The notes beneath the pieces were generated by a model. That model made no database searches and was not told where the DNA came from. It saw only the letters and a program-made list of their open reading frames with translations. Made by a program: the position numbers and the translations under genes. This document shows positions 49,973-60,253 of a stretch of 64,000 nt of DNA, piece by piece; the first letter of the stretch is position 1, and each line of letters opens with the position of its first letter. Where the stretch lies: assembly GCA_035623825.1 (NCBI GenBank), contig DASPSR010000008.1, forward strand, positions 1-64,000. Direction: 5' to 3'. This DNA is from Nitrospirota bacterium. Lineage in GTDB: Bacteria; Nitrospirota; UBA9217.

Positions 49973-50674
49973 GTGGGGCTGCTCAGGGGGATTTATAGGT
50001 CGCGGCACGGGATCGACCCGAAAACGCCGATGCTCGATGTCCCGTACGTCGTGCTGGACACGGAGCTTACCGGTCTCGACGAGAAAAAAGACTCGATCAT
50101 ATCCGTGGGCGCTGTGCGCATGCGCGGCGGGAAGATCAGCTTGGGCGATACATTCTACCGCCTCGCAAGCCCGAACACGGAGCTCTCGAAGCAGAGCGTG
50201 GTGATCCACGAGATCATGCCGTCGGACGTCGTCGAGAAGCCGGCCATCGATGCCGTCCTCAAGGAGCTTCTGGGTTATTGCGGGAATGATGTCCTTGTCG
50301 GTCATTTCATTTCGATCGACCTCGGTTTCATCAACCGCGAGATGAAGCGGATCTACGGAACGGGGATCAGGAACGCCGCGCTCGACACCTTCAGCATCCA
50401 CGAATGGCTCCGGAAGCGCGCCATGACCAGTGACTGTCCCGAGATGCCGCCTGCGCGGTTCCGGCTATTTGATATCGTCAAGTGCTACGGCATCCCGGTC
50501 AACGGCGCACATAATGCTCTGATGGATGCTTATACCACGGCCCAGTTGTTCCAGCGGTTTCTCCCGCTGCTCATCGAGGCGGGAGCGAAGGACATTGGGG
50601 ACCTGCTCAAAATAGGGATACCATTCAAAGGGGGTGATCAGTTCGGCCTATCGGGGGAGTTCAGCAACTTTTAG
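49973..50674 (+). CDS. DEDDh 3'-5' exonuclease (DnaQ-like)
   Basis: LDTELTG, GH...D, HNALMDA. Confidence 0.88.
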   Translation: MGLLRGIYRSRHGIDPKTPMLDVPYVVLDTELTGLDEKKDSIISVGAVRMRGGKISLGDTFYRLASPNTELSKQSVVIHEIMPSDVVEKPAIDAVLKELLGYCGNDVLVGHFISIDLGFINREMKRIYGTGIRNAALDTFSIHEWLRKRAMTSDCPEMPPARFRLFDIVKCYGIPVNGAHNALMDAYTTAQLFQRFLPLLIEAGAKDIGDLLKIGIPFKGGDQFGLSGEFSNF

Positions 50675-50705
50675 GATCAAACAATAACCTTAAGGAGGAT
50701 GAACC

Positions 50706-51017
50706 ATGACCAAAATGAAGAAGGAAGACATCTTGAATGACGCCGATTTCAAGGACCTCTCGGGTCAGAAGAACACGATATCGATCATTCTGACGATACT
50801 TGAACTGGTGATCTATTTCGGTTTCGTCGGTCTGATCGCCTATAACAAGCCGTTCCTGGCGCAGAAGCTCTCCGAAGGCGGCGCCGCCACGATCGGGATC
50901 CCCATCGCCGTCGGCACGATTGTCCTGTCGTGGGTGCTGACCGGCATCTATATCTGGTGGGCGAATGCGAAGTATGACGTGCTCGTCAAAAAAGTCAAAG
51001 AGAAGATAGGAGGATAA
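50706..51017 (+). CDS. yjcH: DUF485 membrane protein (YjcH-like)
   Basis: Two TMs, [10 protein letters not shown] motif; directly upstream of actP. Confidence 0.85.
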   Translation: MTKMKKEDILNDADFKDLSGQKNTISIILTILELVIYFGFVGLIAYNKPFLAQKLSEGGAATIGIPIAVGTIVLSWVLTGIYIWWANAKYDVLVKKVKEKIGG

Positions 51018-51019
51018 CC

Positions 51020-52801
51020 ATGCATCAGACGGTCATAGGACAGGCAAATCCGGTCGCAATAGGCTTCTTCGTTCTGTTCGTTATCACCACGCTCGTCATC
51101 ACCTACTGGGCGGCAAAACGGACGAGGACCACAAAGGACTTTTACGCAGCGGGGAGAAGCATCACGGGATTCCAGAACGGGCTCGCGCTCGCGGGCGACT
51201 ACATGAGCGCGGCATCGTTCTTGGGCATTGCCGGCCTCGTGTCCACGAAAGGCTACGACGGCCTCATCTACTCCGTGGGCTGGCTCGTGGGATGGCCGAT
51301 CATCATGTTCCTGATATCCGAACCTCTCCGCAACCTGGGGAAATACACTTTTGCCGATGTCGTTGCCTACCGGCTCCAGCAGCGTCCAATCCGCGCGGCG
51401 GCGGCGGCGGGCTCGATCGTCGTCGTGCTCACCTATCTCATCGCGCAGATGGTGGGCGCAGGCACGCTGATCAAGCTCATGTTCGGCCTTCCCTTTGAGC
51501 TCGCCATCGTGATAACAGGCGGACTCATGATTTCATATGTGCTCTTCGGCGGCATGATCGCCACCACCTGGGTCCAGATCATCAAGGCGGTCCTGCTCCT
51601 GGGCGGCGCCACGCTCCTCGTGATCCTGACCCTCGGCCAGTTCGGGTTCAGCTACGGAGCGCTCTTCAGCCAGGCGGAAAAACTGTACACGAATAAGTTC
51701 CTCGAGCCGGGCGGTCTCGTCACGAGTCCCGTAGACGCGTTTTCGCTGGGGCTTGCCCTCATGTTCGGCACGGCCGGCCTTCCCCATATCCTCATGCGGT
51801 TCTACACGGTGCCTGACGCGAAAGAGGCGCGCAAGTCGGTGTTCTACGCTACCGGCTTCATCGGCTACTTCTACATCCTGACCGTGACCATCGGCTTCGG
51901 CGCTGCCGTGCTGGTGGGCCAGAAGGTCATCATGGGCATCGACAAGGGCGGCAACATGGCCGGCCCGCTGCTTGCCGAGGTGCTGGGCGGGAACGTGTTC
52001 CTCGGCTTCCTGTCAGCCGTCGCGTTCGCGACGATCCTTGCCGTGGTGTCCGGCCTGACGCTCGCCGGCGCATCAGCGCTGTCCCACGACCTCTACGTCG
52101 GCGTGATCCGGCGAGGAGTGGCCGCAGAGAAGGAAGAAGTGAAGGTCGCGAAGATCGCCACCGTCGGCCTGGGCATCACCGCGATCCTCTTGGGCATCCT
52201 GTTCAAGGGGCAGAACGTCGCGTTCCTGGTCGGCTTGACATTCGCGATCGCCGCAAGCGCGAACTTCCCCGCCTTGCTCATGTCCATCGTGTGGAAGAAG
52301 TTCACGACCGCCGGCGCGGTGATGAGCATCTATACGGGCCTCATCGTGGCGGTCGTGCTCCTCATCCTGAGCCCCACGGTATGGATCGACATTGTGAAAA
52401 AGGATGAAAAGGCGGCGATTGAGAAATCGGTGGCCGATCTCAAGGCCGCGTCAGCCGCCATCGACACGCAGGTCGCCGATATGCAGAAACAGATGGTCAG
52501 CGCCGACGCCATCGCAGCGATGAAAAAGAAGCAAAAGGCGGCAGCCGAGACGAAGAATGCCGAAATCCAGGCCGCCGTGGCCGGGAAGGCAAAGGAAAAG
52601 GAAGTGTTAACGACCAAGATGAAGGAAGCAAGCGCCAAGATGCCGCAGGCGATATTCCCCTTGAAGAACCCCGGCATCTACTCCATGGCGGCCGCGTTCC
52701 TGGTCGGCATTCTCATTTCCCTCCTGGCGCCGAACAAGGAAGCGCAGGAAAAATTCGCCGATGAGAAGGTCAGGGAGTATATCGGCATCGGCGCAGAGTA
52801 G
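51020..52801 (+). CDS. actP: cation/acetate symporter ActP
   Basis: [47 protein letters not shown]. Confidence 0.93.
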   Translation: MHQTVIGQANPVAIGFFVLFVITTLVITYWAAKRTRTTKDFYAAGRSITGFQNGLALAGDYMSAASFLGIAGLVSTKGYDGLIYSVGWLVGWPIIMFLISEPLRNLGKYTFADVVAYRLQQRPIRAAAAAGSIVVVLTYLIAQMVGAGTLIKLMFGLPFELAIVITGGLMISYVLFGGMIATTWVQIIKAVLLLGGATLLVILTLGQFGFSYGALFSQAEKLYTNKFLEPGGLVTSPVDAFSLGLALMFGTAGLPHILMRFYTVPDAKEARKSVFYATGFIGYFYILTVTIGFGAAVLVGQKVIMGIDKGGNMAGPLLAEVLGGNVFLGFLSAVAFATILAVVSGLTLAGASALSHDLYVGVIRRGVAAEKEEVKVAKIATVGLGITAILLGILFKGQNVAFLVGLTFAIAASANFPALLMSIVWKKFTTAGAVMSIYTGLIVAVVLLILSPTVWIDIVKKDEKAAIEKSVADLKAASAAIDTQVADMQKQMVSADAIAAMKKKQKAAAETKNAEIQAAVAGKAKEKEVLTTKMKEASAKMPQAIFPLKNPGIYSMAAAFLVGILISLLAPNKEAQEKFADEKVREYIGIGAE

Positions 52802-52858
52802 GAATCGCCATCGGTCGAGGGAGCGGGGGACGCGGCGTTATTTGCGTACCCCTGCCTC

Positions 52859-52887
52859 TTGACAATTCGCCCTCTTTCCCGTAGAGT
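52859..52887 (+). promoter_or_regulatory. candidate sigma70 promoter for acs
   Basis: TTGACA-N17-TAGAGT. Confidence 0.6.
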
Positions 52888-52975
52888 TCCGCGTGAGAGA
52901 GGGCATCAGCACTCTTCCGCTGCTTGAAGCAGCGGAACCCATACTTAATTGGAGCAGCGAGAAGGAGGACGAGGA

Positions 52976-54952
52976 ATGGCAAAGGAAAGCTTCGAAGTCC
53001 TGTCGACGGAAAAAAGGATATTTCCTCCGTCAAAGGAATTCAGCCAGAAAGCGTATATCAAGAGCATGAAGGAATACGAGCAGCTTTACAAACGGTCGGT
53101 CGACAGCCCCGAGAAGTTCTGGGCAGAGATGGCGGAACAGAACCTCACATGGTATAAAAAGTGGGACAAGGTTCTCGAGTACGATTTTAACAAGCCCTAC
53201 ATCAGGTATTTCAGCGGCGGCAAGCTGAACGCCTCAGTGAACTGCCTGGACCGTTTCATCAAAACACCAACGCGAAACAAGGCCGCGCTCATCTGGGAGG
53301 CGGACAGCGGCGTGTACAAGACCTATACGTACCAGCAGCTCTATACCGAGGTGAACCGGTTCGCGAACGTGCTGAAGAAGAAGGGCATCAAGAAGGGTGA
53401 CCGGGTCACGATCTACCTGCCCATGATCCCGGAGCTCCCCATCGCCATGCTCGCCTGCGCCCGGATCGGCGCGATCCACAGCGTGGTGTTCGGCGGGTTC
53501 TCCTCGAAATCGCTGAGGGACCGGATCCAGGACTGCAATTCCCAGATGCTCATCACCGCCGACGAAGGTCTCCGCGGCGGACGGTTCGTGCCGCTGAAAT
53601 CGAACGCCGACGAGGCGCTTCTCGAATGCCCCTCGGTGAAGGGCGTCGTTGTCGTGTGCCGGGCAGGAACCGGAAAGATAAACATGGAGCCCTCGCGGGA
53701 CGTGTGGTGGCACGAGGAGATGGCCGCCAAGGACATAACCAACTACTGCGAGCCCGAGAAGATGGATGCGGAGGACCCGCTCTTCATCCTCTACACCTCC
53801 GGCTCGACGGGCAAGCCCAAGGGCGTGCTCCACACCACGGGCGGCTACATGCTCTTCACAAACCTCACGTTCAAGTGGATCTTCGACTATCACGACGAGG
53901 ACATCCATTTCTGCACCGCGGACATCGGCTGGGTGACGGGGCACAGCTATATCCTCTACGGACCGCTCTCGGCAGGTGCCACCTCCCTCATGTTCGAGGG
54001 TATTCCCACCTATCCGGACCCGGGCAGGTTCTGGGACATCGTGGACAAGCACGGGGTGAACATCTTCTACACGGCTCCCACGGCGATCCGCGCGCTCATG
54101 AAAGAGGGCGAGGCCTGGGTAAAGAAGCACGACCTGTCGTCGCTCCGGGTGCTCGGCACCGTCGGTGAACCGATCAACCCCGAAGCGTGGATGTGGTATC
54201 ATACGAACGTCGGAAAGGAGAAGCTGCCGATAGTCGATACCTGGTGGCAGACCGAGACGGGGGGCATCCTCATCACGCCGCTGCCCGGCGCCATGACCAC
54301 CAAACCGGGTTCGGCAACGAGGCCTTTCCCGGGCGTCGTGCCGAAGGTCGTGAAGGAGAACGGCGCGCCCGCCGGCGTGAACGAGGGCGGATACCTGGTG
54401 ATCGAAAAGCCCTGGCCCGGCATGCTCCGCGGGACCTACGGCGATCCCGAGAACAAGCGGATCAAGGAGGTATACTTCACCAGGTTCCCCGGCGTGTATT
54501 TCACCGGCGACGGCGCGCGCGTCGACGAGGACGGCGATTACTGGCTCATGGGCCGCGTCGATGACGTCATCAACGTTTCCGGCCACCGGCTCGGGACGGC
54601 CGAAGTGGAATCGGCCCTCGTCAGCCATGAAGCTGTGGCGGAGGCGGCCGTGGTCGGCTACCCCCACGAGATCAAGGGCGAGGGCATTTATGTGTATGTG
54701 ACCCTCAAAGAGGGCTTCAAATCGAGCGATGACCTGAAGAAGACCCTCGTGGGACACGTGCGCTCGGTGATCGGCCCGATCGCGTCGCCCGACAAGCTCC
54801 AGTTCGCTCCCGGCCTGCCGAAGACCAGAAGCGGCAAGATCATGAGGCGCATCCTGCGGAAGATCGCCCACAACCAGCTGGAAGACTTAGGGGATACGTC
54901 GACGCTTGCCGATCCGACCGTTGTGGACTCGCTCGTAAAAGGGAGGGTCTGA
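52976..54952 (+). CDS. acs: acetyl-CoA synthetase
   Basis: [45 protein letters not shown]; RBS AGGAGG. Confidence 0.97.
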   Translation: MAKESFEVLSTEKRIFPPSKEFSQKAYIKSMKEYEQLYKRSVDSPEKFWAEMAEQNLTWYKKWDKVLEYDFNKPYIRYFSGGKLNASVNCLDRFIKTPTRNKAALIWEADSGVYKTYTYQQLYTEVNRFANVLKKKGIKKGDRVTIYLPMIPELPIAMLACARIGAIHSVVFGGFSSKSLRDRIQDCNSQMLITADEGLRGGRFVPLKSNADEALLECPSVKGVVVVCRAGTGKINMEPSRDVWWHEEMAAKDITNYCEPEKMDAEDPLFILYTSGSTGKPKGVLHTTGGYMLFTNLTFKWIFDYHDEDIHFCTADIGWVTGHSYILYGPLSAGATSLMFEGIPTYPDPGRFWDIVDKHGVNIFYTAPTAIRALMKEGEAWVKKHDLSSLRVLGTVGEPINPEAWMWYHTNVGKEKLPIVDTWWQTETGGILITPLPGAMTTKPGSATRPFPGVVPKVVKENGAPAGVNEGGYLVIEKPWPGMLRGTYGDPENKRIKEVYFTRFPGVYFTGDGARVDEDGDYWLMGRVDDVINVSGHRLGTAEVESALVSHEAVAEAAVVGYPHEIKGEGIYVYVTLKEGFKSSDDLKKTLVGHVRSVIGPIASPDKLQFAPGLPKTRSGKIMRRILRKIAHNQLEDLGDTSTLADPTVVDSLVKGRV

Positions 54953-55013
54953 CCGCCGCAGAATCGTGTACCTTACTGCCTGCGCCCATGCCCTCGGACG
55001 CAGGAATTTAAGG

Positions 55014-55042
55014 TTGACAGGAGACGATGGCGAAAATATAAT
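55014..55042 (+). promoter_or_regulatory. perfect-consensus sigma70 promoter
   Basis: TTGACA-N17-TATAAT. Confidence 0.85.
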
Positions 55043-55121
55043 TGTACAGAGAACGTCACCCGGGGTGAGGCGATCACGATCCCGTCCCGGCTGACAGGAG
55101 GGCGCACAGAAAAACATTCAT

Positions 55122-55164
55122 GCCCATTTGTAGTTTCACAGGCTGCAAATGGGCTTTTTCTTTT
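55122..55164 (+). terminator. intrinsic terminator within the leader of the DsbA-like gene
   Basis: GCCCATTTGTAG...CTGCAAATGGGC 12-bp stem followed by TTTTTCTTTT. Confidence 0.85.
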
Positions 55165-55225
55165 CCCGCCGGAATCCGGCCGTCTAAAAGCGGAGCGGAA
55201 CGCCGGAACCAGAAGGAGGCCTCTC

Positions 55226-55816
55226 ATGAAAAGGCTTACTCTTGTCATGGTGCTCTTCTTTTTCGCCGTCTCTGCATCAGCCGAGGAGAAGCGGTACACG
55301 GTGCCTCTCGGAGACTCGCCGACCAGCGGTCCGCAGGATGCGCCGGTCACTATCATAGAGTTCCTCGATTTCCAATGACCGCACTGCGTGGCGGCCGGTC
55401 CGACCGTCAAGAAGATCATGGACACGTACAAGGGAAAGATACGGCTCGCGATCAAGAATTATCCGTACATATATCGTGACTACTCCTACCTGGCGGCCGA
55501 GGCGTCGCTCGCGGCGCGGGACCAGGGCAAATACTGGGAGATGCACGACCTCCTGCTCAAGAGGTCTCCGAAACTCGACCGCATGAGCCTCATCGGGTAC
55601 GCGAAGGAGCTTGGGCTCGATGTAAAGGAGTTCACCGATTCTATCGACAGCGAAAGGCATGCGCAGGACATCGAACGTGACGTACAACTCGCTACAGGAA
55701 TGGACATTTACAATACACCCACGTTTTTCATCAACGGCCTCAAGGTCATAGGAGATCGGCCGTTCGCCGATTTTAAGAAGATCATCGACCAGGAGTTGAA
55801 AAATGCCAAACAATAG
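55226..55816 (+). CDS. exported DsbA/thioredoxin-like selenoprotein (UxxC; in-frame TGA at 55376-55378)
   Basis: RBS AGGAGG, signal peptide, GPQDAPVTIIEFLDFQ-TGA-PHC continuing in frame to AARDQGKYWEMHD and TPTFFING; SECIS-like hairpin at 55390-55408. Confidence 0.85.
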
Positions 55817-56882
55817 GCCTATCCACCGGCTCGTCTTAATGCTGTGTTTTACACTTTCGATCGCCCTCTGCTCCTCATATGCCTTTGCCGGGGATCTTGA
55901 GCCGTTCAAGGCCGTTCCCGTGCCGGAAGGGAACCTCCAGACGCCGGAGAAGATAGAACTGGGGAAAAAGCTGTTCTTCGACCGCCGGCTTTCGGGAGAC
56001 GGGACCATGAACTGCGCGACCTGCCACGATCCGGAACAGGCGTTCACGGACGGGCTCGAGATATCTCTCAGCTATCCCACGACGAGAAACTGGCGCAACT
56101 CGCCCACGCTCATGAACGTGGCGTTCCAGAAGTACCTGTTCCACGACGGCCGGGCGCGGACCCTCGAGGAGCAGGCGCTCTTCCCGATGATGTCGGCATT
56201 CGAGATGAACAGGAACCTCGATTTCGTCGAAGAGGTGATCAGATCCGTGCCGGAGTACGTTGACGCGTTCCAGAAGGTCTTCGGCGGCGAGGTCACGCGC
56301 GAGCGCATGGCCATGGCGATCGCCGCGTTCGAAAGGACGCTCGTTTCCCGGAACACGCCGCTCGACCGGTTCCTCAAGGGAGACCAGAAGGCGCTCTCGG
56401 AGGACGCGAAAAAAGGCCTGGCCCTGTTCAAGGGGAAGGGCAAATGCACCGAATGCCACTACGGCGTGAGCCTGTCCGACGACATGTTCCATGCACTGAA
56501 TGTACCGGAGGACCCGGAACACCAGAGCGATCCGCGGATAGCCACCACAAGGAGGTTCGTGGCCAAGGTCTATCATTTTGATGAGTATCGCACGCTCGCG
56601 GAGGACCCGGGCAGGTACCTGATCACCAAGGACAAGAAGGACTGGAAGGCGTTTCGGACCCCCACGCTGCTTGAGATATCACGGACCGCTCCGTTCATGC
56701 ATAACGGCATCTTCCCGTCGCTCGATGACGTCATCGATTTCTTCGACAAGGGAGGAGGGCAGGGGAATACAGCGCTCAAGCCTTTGGGGCTGAGCGCCAG
56801 GGAGAAGCAGTATTTGAAGACGTTCCTCATCGAGGCGCTGACCGGCGAGCCGTTCGTCATAGAGTACCCGAAAGTGCCGTAG
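55803..56882 (+). CDS. di-heme cytochrome c peroxidase/MauG family protein
   Basis: LGKKLFFDRRLS, CATCH, RNSPT, CTECH, FRTPTL..TAPFMHNG; signal peptide. Confidence 0.9.
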   Translation: MPNNRPIHRLVLMLCFTLSIALCSSYAFAGDLEPFKAVPVPEGNLQTPEKIELGKKLFFDRRLSGDGTMNCATCHDPEQAFTDGLEISLSYPTTRNWRNSPTLMNVAFQKYLFHDGRARTLEEQALFPMMSAFEMNRNLDFVEEVIRSVPEYVDAFQKVFGGEVTRERMAMAIAAFERTLVSRNTPLDRFLKGDQKALSEDAKKGLALFKGKGKCTECHYGVSLSDDMFHALNVPEDPEHQSDPRIATTRRFVAKVYHFDEYRTLAEDPGRYLITKDKKDWKAFRTPTLLEISRTAPFMHNGIFPSLDDVIDFFDKGGGQGNTALKPLGLSAREKQYLKTFLIEALTGEPFVIEYPKVP

Positions 56883-56956
56883 CCGGGAAACGATGTCCCG
56901 AGGACGTAGATTTTTCTGTCCCTTATCCTGCCCAAAGAAAAGAGGGGGGAGATCAG

Positions 56957-57718
56957 GTGAAAGTTGCCATCGAGGATATCATCAGGGAAAAACCGCATCT
57001 CACGGACCCGTTCAGATTCTATCAAAAGGCCGTGAAATTCACGGAGTCGGTCAGGGGACTCCGGCTCCCTGCGCGACTGGAGATGCATTCCTATCCGCGT
57101 GAATCCGTCGACAGGGTATTCGAGATATTCTCCGCCATCTTTGAGTTCCCGGAGGGGACCCTCGCGCCGCTGAAACAGGCAATGGGGCTAAATGAGATTG
57201 ACTTGACGCGTCTGCCCCTAGGCGAGATCCCTGCGTTCTCGCTCCCCTATCCCGAGGACGACCTGACAATGCTCCTGTTCCTCATCGGCAAGCCGTACTT
57301 TCTCGGCCTGCGGGAAGCGGTCAGCCTGGACAAGCGGGTATGGGAGGAGGGGAGATGCCCGGTGTGCAGCGCGCAGCCGTCGATAGCATGGATCGAGGGG
57401 GAGGGCCGGCGTCAGATCTCCTGTTCATTCTGCGGTACCGTGGGATATCATGAACGGATCGGTTGCATGATCTGTCAGAACAGTGAGGGGCCGAAACAGA
57501 ATGTTTTCGTCTTCCAGGGCGAATCGGCGTTCAGGCTCAATACGTGCGATGCATGCCGGTCGTATGTAAAGACCATTGATGCCGGCATGCTTTCACGCAT
57601 AGGCCCCGAGGTGGCCGACCTTATGAGCCTTCCTCTTGATATCGTGGTGCAGGAAAAAGGGTTCGAGCGTCGCTCACCGAACCCGATAGGCATGAGGAAA
57701 ATATCGACTCACGGCTAG
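56957..57718 (+). CDS. fdhE: formate dehydrogenase accessory protein FdhE-like
   Basis: CPVC, CSFC, CMIC and CDAC.SYVK motifs; LPLD. Confidence 0.8.
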   Translation: MKVAIEDIIREKPHLTDPFRFYQKAVKFTESVRGLRLPARLEMHSYPRESVDRVFEIFSAIFEFPEGTLAPLKQAMGLNEIDLTRLPLGEIPAFSLPYPEDDLTMLLFLIGKPYFLGLREAVSLDKRVWEEGRCPVCSAQPSIAWIEGEGRRQISCSFCGTVGYHERIGCMICQNSEGPKQNVFVFQGESAFRLNTCDACRSYVKTIDAGMLSRIGPEVADLMSLPLDIVVQEKGFERRSPNPIGMRKISTHG

Positions 57719-57851
57719 AACATGCCTCAACATGCCCACAGGGATCGTCCTACGGCCGCCTCCTCCCGTTCACCCGCTAACTCCGGCTAGAGAAACGTCT
57801 CCCGCATTCTTTCTGACCTTAAAAAGTCGCGGCAGGTCAAGGACAAGGTTG

Positions 57852-58298
57852 CTACTTCATGATCTGGTCGATCCACTGCACCAGATCGATTTTTTCCTTG
57901 GGGGCGCCGTCCATGCGCGCGATCTGCGTTCCGTTCTTGAAGACGACAAAGGTGGGCGTGGCCTTCACCATAAAACGCTGAGACAGGCCCGGTTCCGCGT
58001 CCACGTCGACCCTGACCACCTTCAAGCGGCCGGCCTTCCAGGACGCAAGGTCGTTCACGACCGGCTCGACCATACGGCAGTAGCCGCACCACTTGGCCCA
58101 GAATTCCAGAAGCACGAATTCCGGCCACTCGAAGATCTCGCGCTCGAAGGTCGCCGCCGTTGCATTGACGGGCGCCCTGGGGAACTCGAGGGCTTTCTTG
58201 CATTGTCCGCAGGCCGGGTGGCCCTCTAATTTCTCCGGGGGGACCCGGTTGAGCGTCTTGCACGAACTGCAGCGGATGATGATCGACCTGTCCGGCAT
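57852..58298 (-). CDS. trxC: thioredoxin 2 (TrxC-like) with N-terminal zinc finger
   Basis: CSSC..NRVP..CGQC, WCGYC active site; RBS GAGGAG. Confidence 0.85.
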   Translation of the reverse strand: MPDRSIIIRCSSCKTLNRVPPEKLEGHPACGQCKKALEFPRAPVNATAATFEREIFEWPEFVLLEFWAKWCGYCRMVEPVVNDLASWKAGRLKVVRVDVDAEPGLSQRFMVKATPTFVVFKNGTQIARMDGAPKEKIDLVQWIDQIMK

Positions 58299-58403
58299 AT
58301 GCACTCCTCATTTATTATATCATGCCCTCCCGGACATGACGGCGGCGGCCTGCGGACAGGCCTTCTGACTGGCCTCCGGGCCTTTTTCGGTATAAAATAA
58401 AAC

Positions 58404-59498
58404 ATGGATCCGGCATTGCAGAAAAACAGCATACACATAGACGGCTCATACGGCGAGGGCGGGGGGCAGATCCTTCGGACCTCACTTGCGCTGTCGTGCG
58501 TGCTCGGAAGGCCCGTCGAGATCATCAACATCCGCAGGACGCGCAGGAAGCCGGGACTCCAGCCGCAGCATCTTACCGCGGTCAAAGCTGCAGCGACGAT
58601 CAGTCGCGCCCGCGTGGAGGGGGCGGCGCTTTCCTCCACCGCGCTTCGCTTCTCGCCGGGCGCAACCCGCGGAGGCGACTATTTTTTCGACGTGTCCGAA
58701 ACAAAAGGGAGCGCCGGGAGCAGTTCCCTGGTTCTTCAGACGGTCCTGCTTCCGCTCTGTTTTGCCGAAGGTCCCTCCACCGTCACGGTGACCGGAGGCA
58801 CGCACGTGCCCTTGAGCCCGACGTTCCACTATCTGGAGAGGGTATTTCTGCCGACGCTTTCCCGTATCGGCGTCATCGCTGACATCGGCATCGAACAGTG
58901 GGGCTGGTATCCTCGTGGCGGCGGGAAGATCGCTGCAAAGATCGGTGCGAAAAGCGTCCTCAAACCGGTCGAGATCCCGGCGAGGGGAAAGCTGGTCCGC
59001 GTCACCGGGGTCTCGGCAGTCGCAAATCTGCCGAACGACATAGCCGTGCGGCAGCGGAACCAGGCGCTCCATGCGCTCAGCGAGAGAGGCATTGATGCGG
59101 CCGTCGATGTTGTTTCCGCGCCTTCGCCGGGCAAAGGCACGCTCTTCTTTCTGCTCGCGGAGTTTGAAAACATCGCTGCCGGATTTGACGCCCTCGGGGC
59201 GATCGGCAAGCGCGCCGAGGAAGTGGCGGACGAGGCGTGTCATGCGCTGTTTCAATACATGGACGCGGACGGCGCCCTCGATCCGCACCTTGCGGACCAG
59301 TTTATCCCTTACGCTGCGTTCTGTGACGGCACCTCAGAATTCACCACGACCCGCATCACGGGGCATTTGCTCACGAACATCTGGGTGGTAAAGCAGTTCA
59401 TGGTCATGGACACAACGGTTGAAGGCAAGGAAGGCGGGCCGGGCAAAATCACTGTCCGGGGGCACGGGGCGAGGGACCGGGGTAAGGAGTCACCCTGA
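58404..59498 (+). CDS. rtcA: RNA 3'-terminal phosphate cyclase
   Basis: DGSYGEGGGQILR, PGLQPQH, GGTHV, GWYPRGGG, HLADQ, HLLTN. Confidence 0.93.
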   Translation: MDPALQKNSIHIDGSYGEGGGQILRTSLALSCVLGRPVEIINIRRTRRKPGLQPQHLTAVKAAATISRARVEGAALSSTALRFSPGATRGGDYFFDVSETKGSAGSSSLVLQTVLLPLCFAEGPSTVTVTGGTHVPLSPTFHYLERVFLPTLSRIGVIADIGIEQWGWYPRGGGKIAAKIGAKSVLKPVEIPARGKLVRVTGVSAVANLPNDIAVRQRNQALHALSERGIDAAVDVVSAPSPGKGTLFFLLAEFENIAAGFDALGAIGKRAEEVADEACHALFQYMDADGALDPHLADQFIPYAAFCDGTSEFTTTRITGHLLTNIWVVKQFMVMDTTVEGKEGGPGKITVRGHGARDRGKESP

Positions 59499-59608
59499 TA
59501 CGAGAGACAAGGGGCGAAAAAAAGCGACGATCATGGATGGTGGATGAGAGCTCCCCGGGTATGGTATATTGTAAACGTAAAATGGATCTTGTGGCCAAGG
59601 AGGATTTT

Positions 59609-59905
59609 ATGAAACCCGTTCTGACGTACATTGTGCTGGCGCTTGTTGCGATCTCGCTTGCCGGGTGCCTCTATACCAACGTCATTGTCCCTTACGGGAC
59701 AGAGCTCAACAAGACGGAGCTGGGCCATAAAAAGGGAACGGCTTCCACGTACTCCGTGGTGTGGCTCTTTGCCTGGGGCGATGCGGGGGCCGCTGCCGCG
59801 GCGAAGAACGGAGGTATCACAACGCTGACGCACATGGACCGTGAATTGCATGCCGTTCTGTTCGGCATTTACACGCGGCAGACCACGATCGTCTACGGCG
59901 ACTGA
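59609..59905 (+). CDS. TRL-like family small lipoprotein
   Basis: Lipobox LAGC, KKGTAS..LFAWGDAG..AAKNGGIT....D...TIVYGD. Confidence 0.8.
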   Translation: MKPVLTYIVLALVAISLAGCLYTNVIVPYGTELNKTELGHKKGTASTYSVVWLFAWGDAGAAAAAKNGGITTLTHMDRELHAVLFGIYTRQTTIVYGD

Positions 59906-59917
59906 CAGGAGCCCACT

Positions 59918-60253
59918 ATGCGTGCGATCGATCGAATGTCCGTCGTCATCGCTCTGTCCCTGCTCCTGGCGGGATGCGCTGGCGGCGTGTTGTTCCACAG
60001 CGGAATATATTCCCATACGGTGGAGCCGCTCACCTTCAACCGCAATCCGACCGACGTGGAGGGGAGCATGCAGCCGGCAAAAGGCGACATCAGGGAAATA
60101 CAGTACTATGTCAGCGTTCAATGGGGAACGAACGGGATCGGCGATGTCGCCAGGAAGAACGGGATCACTACCGTCTATTACGCCGATCTTGAAAGGCTGC
60201 GAGTACTATTCGGCATATGGCAGCAGGACATCGTGCACGTCTATGGGAGATAG
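59918..60253 (+). CDS. TRL-like family small lipoprotein (paralog)
   Basis: Lipobox LAGC, WG..GIG.VARKNGITTVYYAD..VHVYG. Confidence 0.75.
   Translation: MRAIDRMSVVIALSLLLAGCAGGVLFHSGIYSHTVEPLTFNRNPTDVEGSMQPAKGDIREIQYYVSVQWGTNGIGDVARKNGITTVYYADLERLRVLFGIWQQDIVHVYGR

Noticed and set aside
48262-54871. Long minus-strand ORFs (524 aa and 545 aa)
   Set aside because: Antisense to the DUF294 gene and acs; codon-bias artefacts
55120-55479. 119-aa ORF as a leader peptide
   Set aside because: Runs through the terminator and overlaps the selenoprotein gene out of frame; no RBS or motifs
55226-55816. DsbA-like gene as a pseudogene or split gene
   Set aside because: The TGA sits exactly at the catalytic Cys and is followed by a SECIS-like hairpin; Sec recoding is the better explanation
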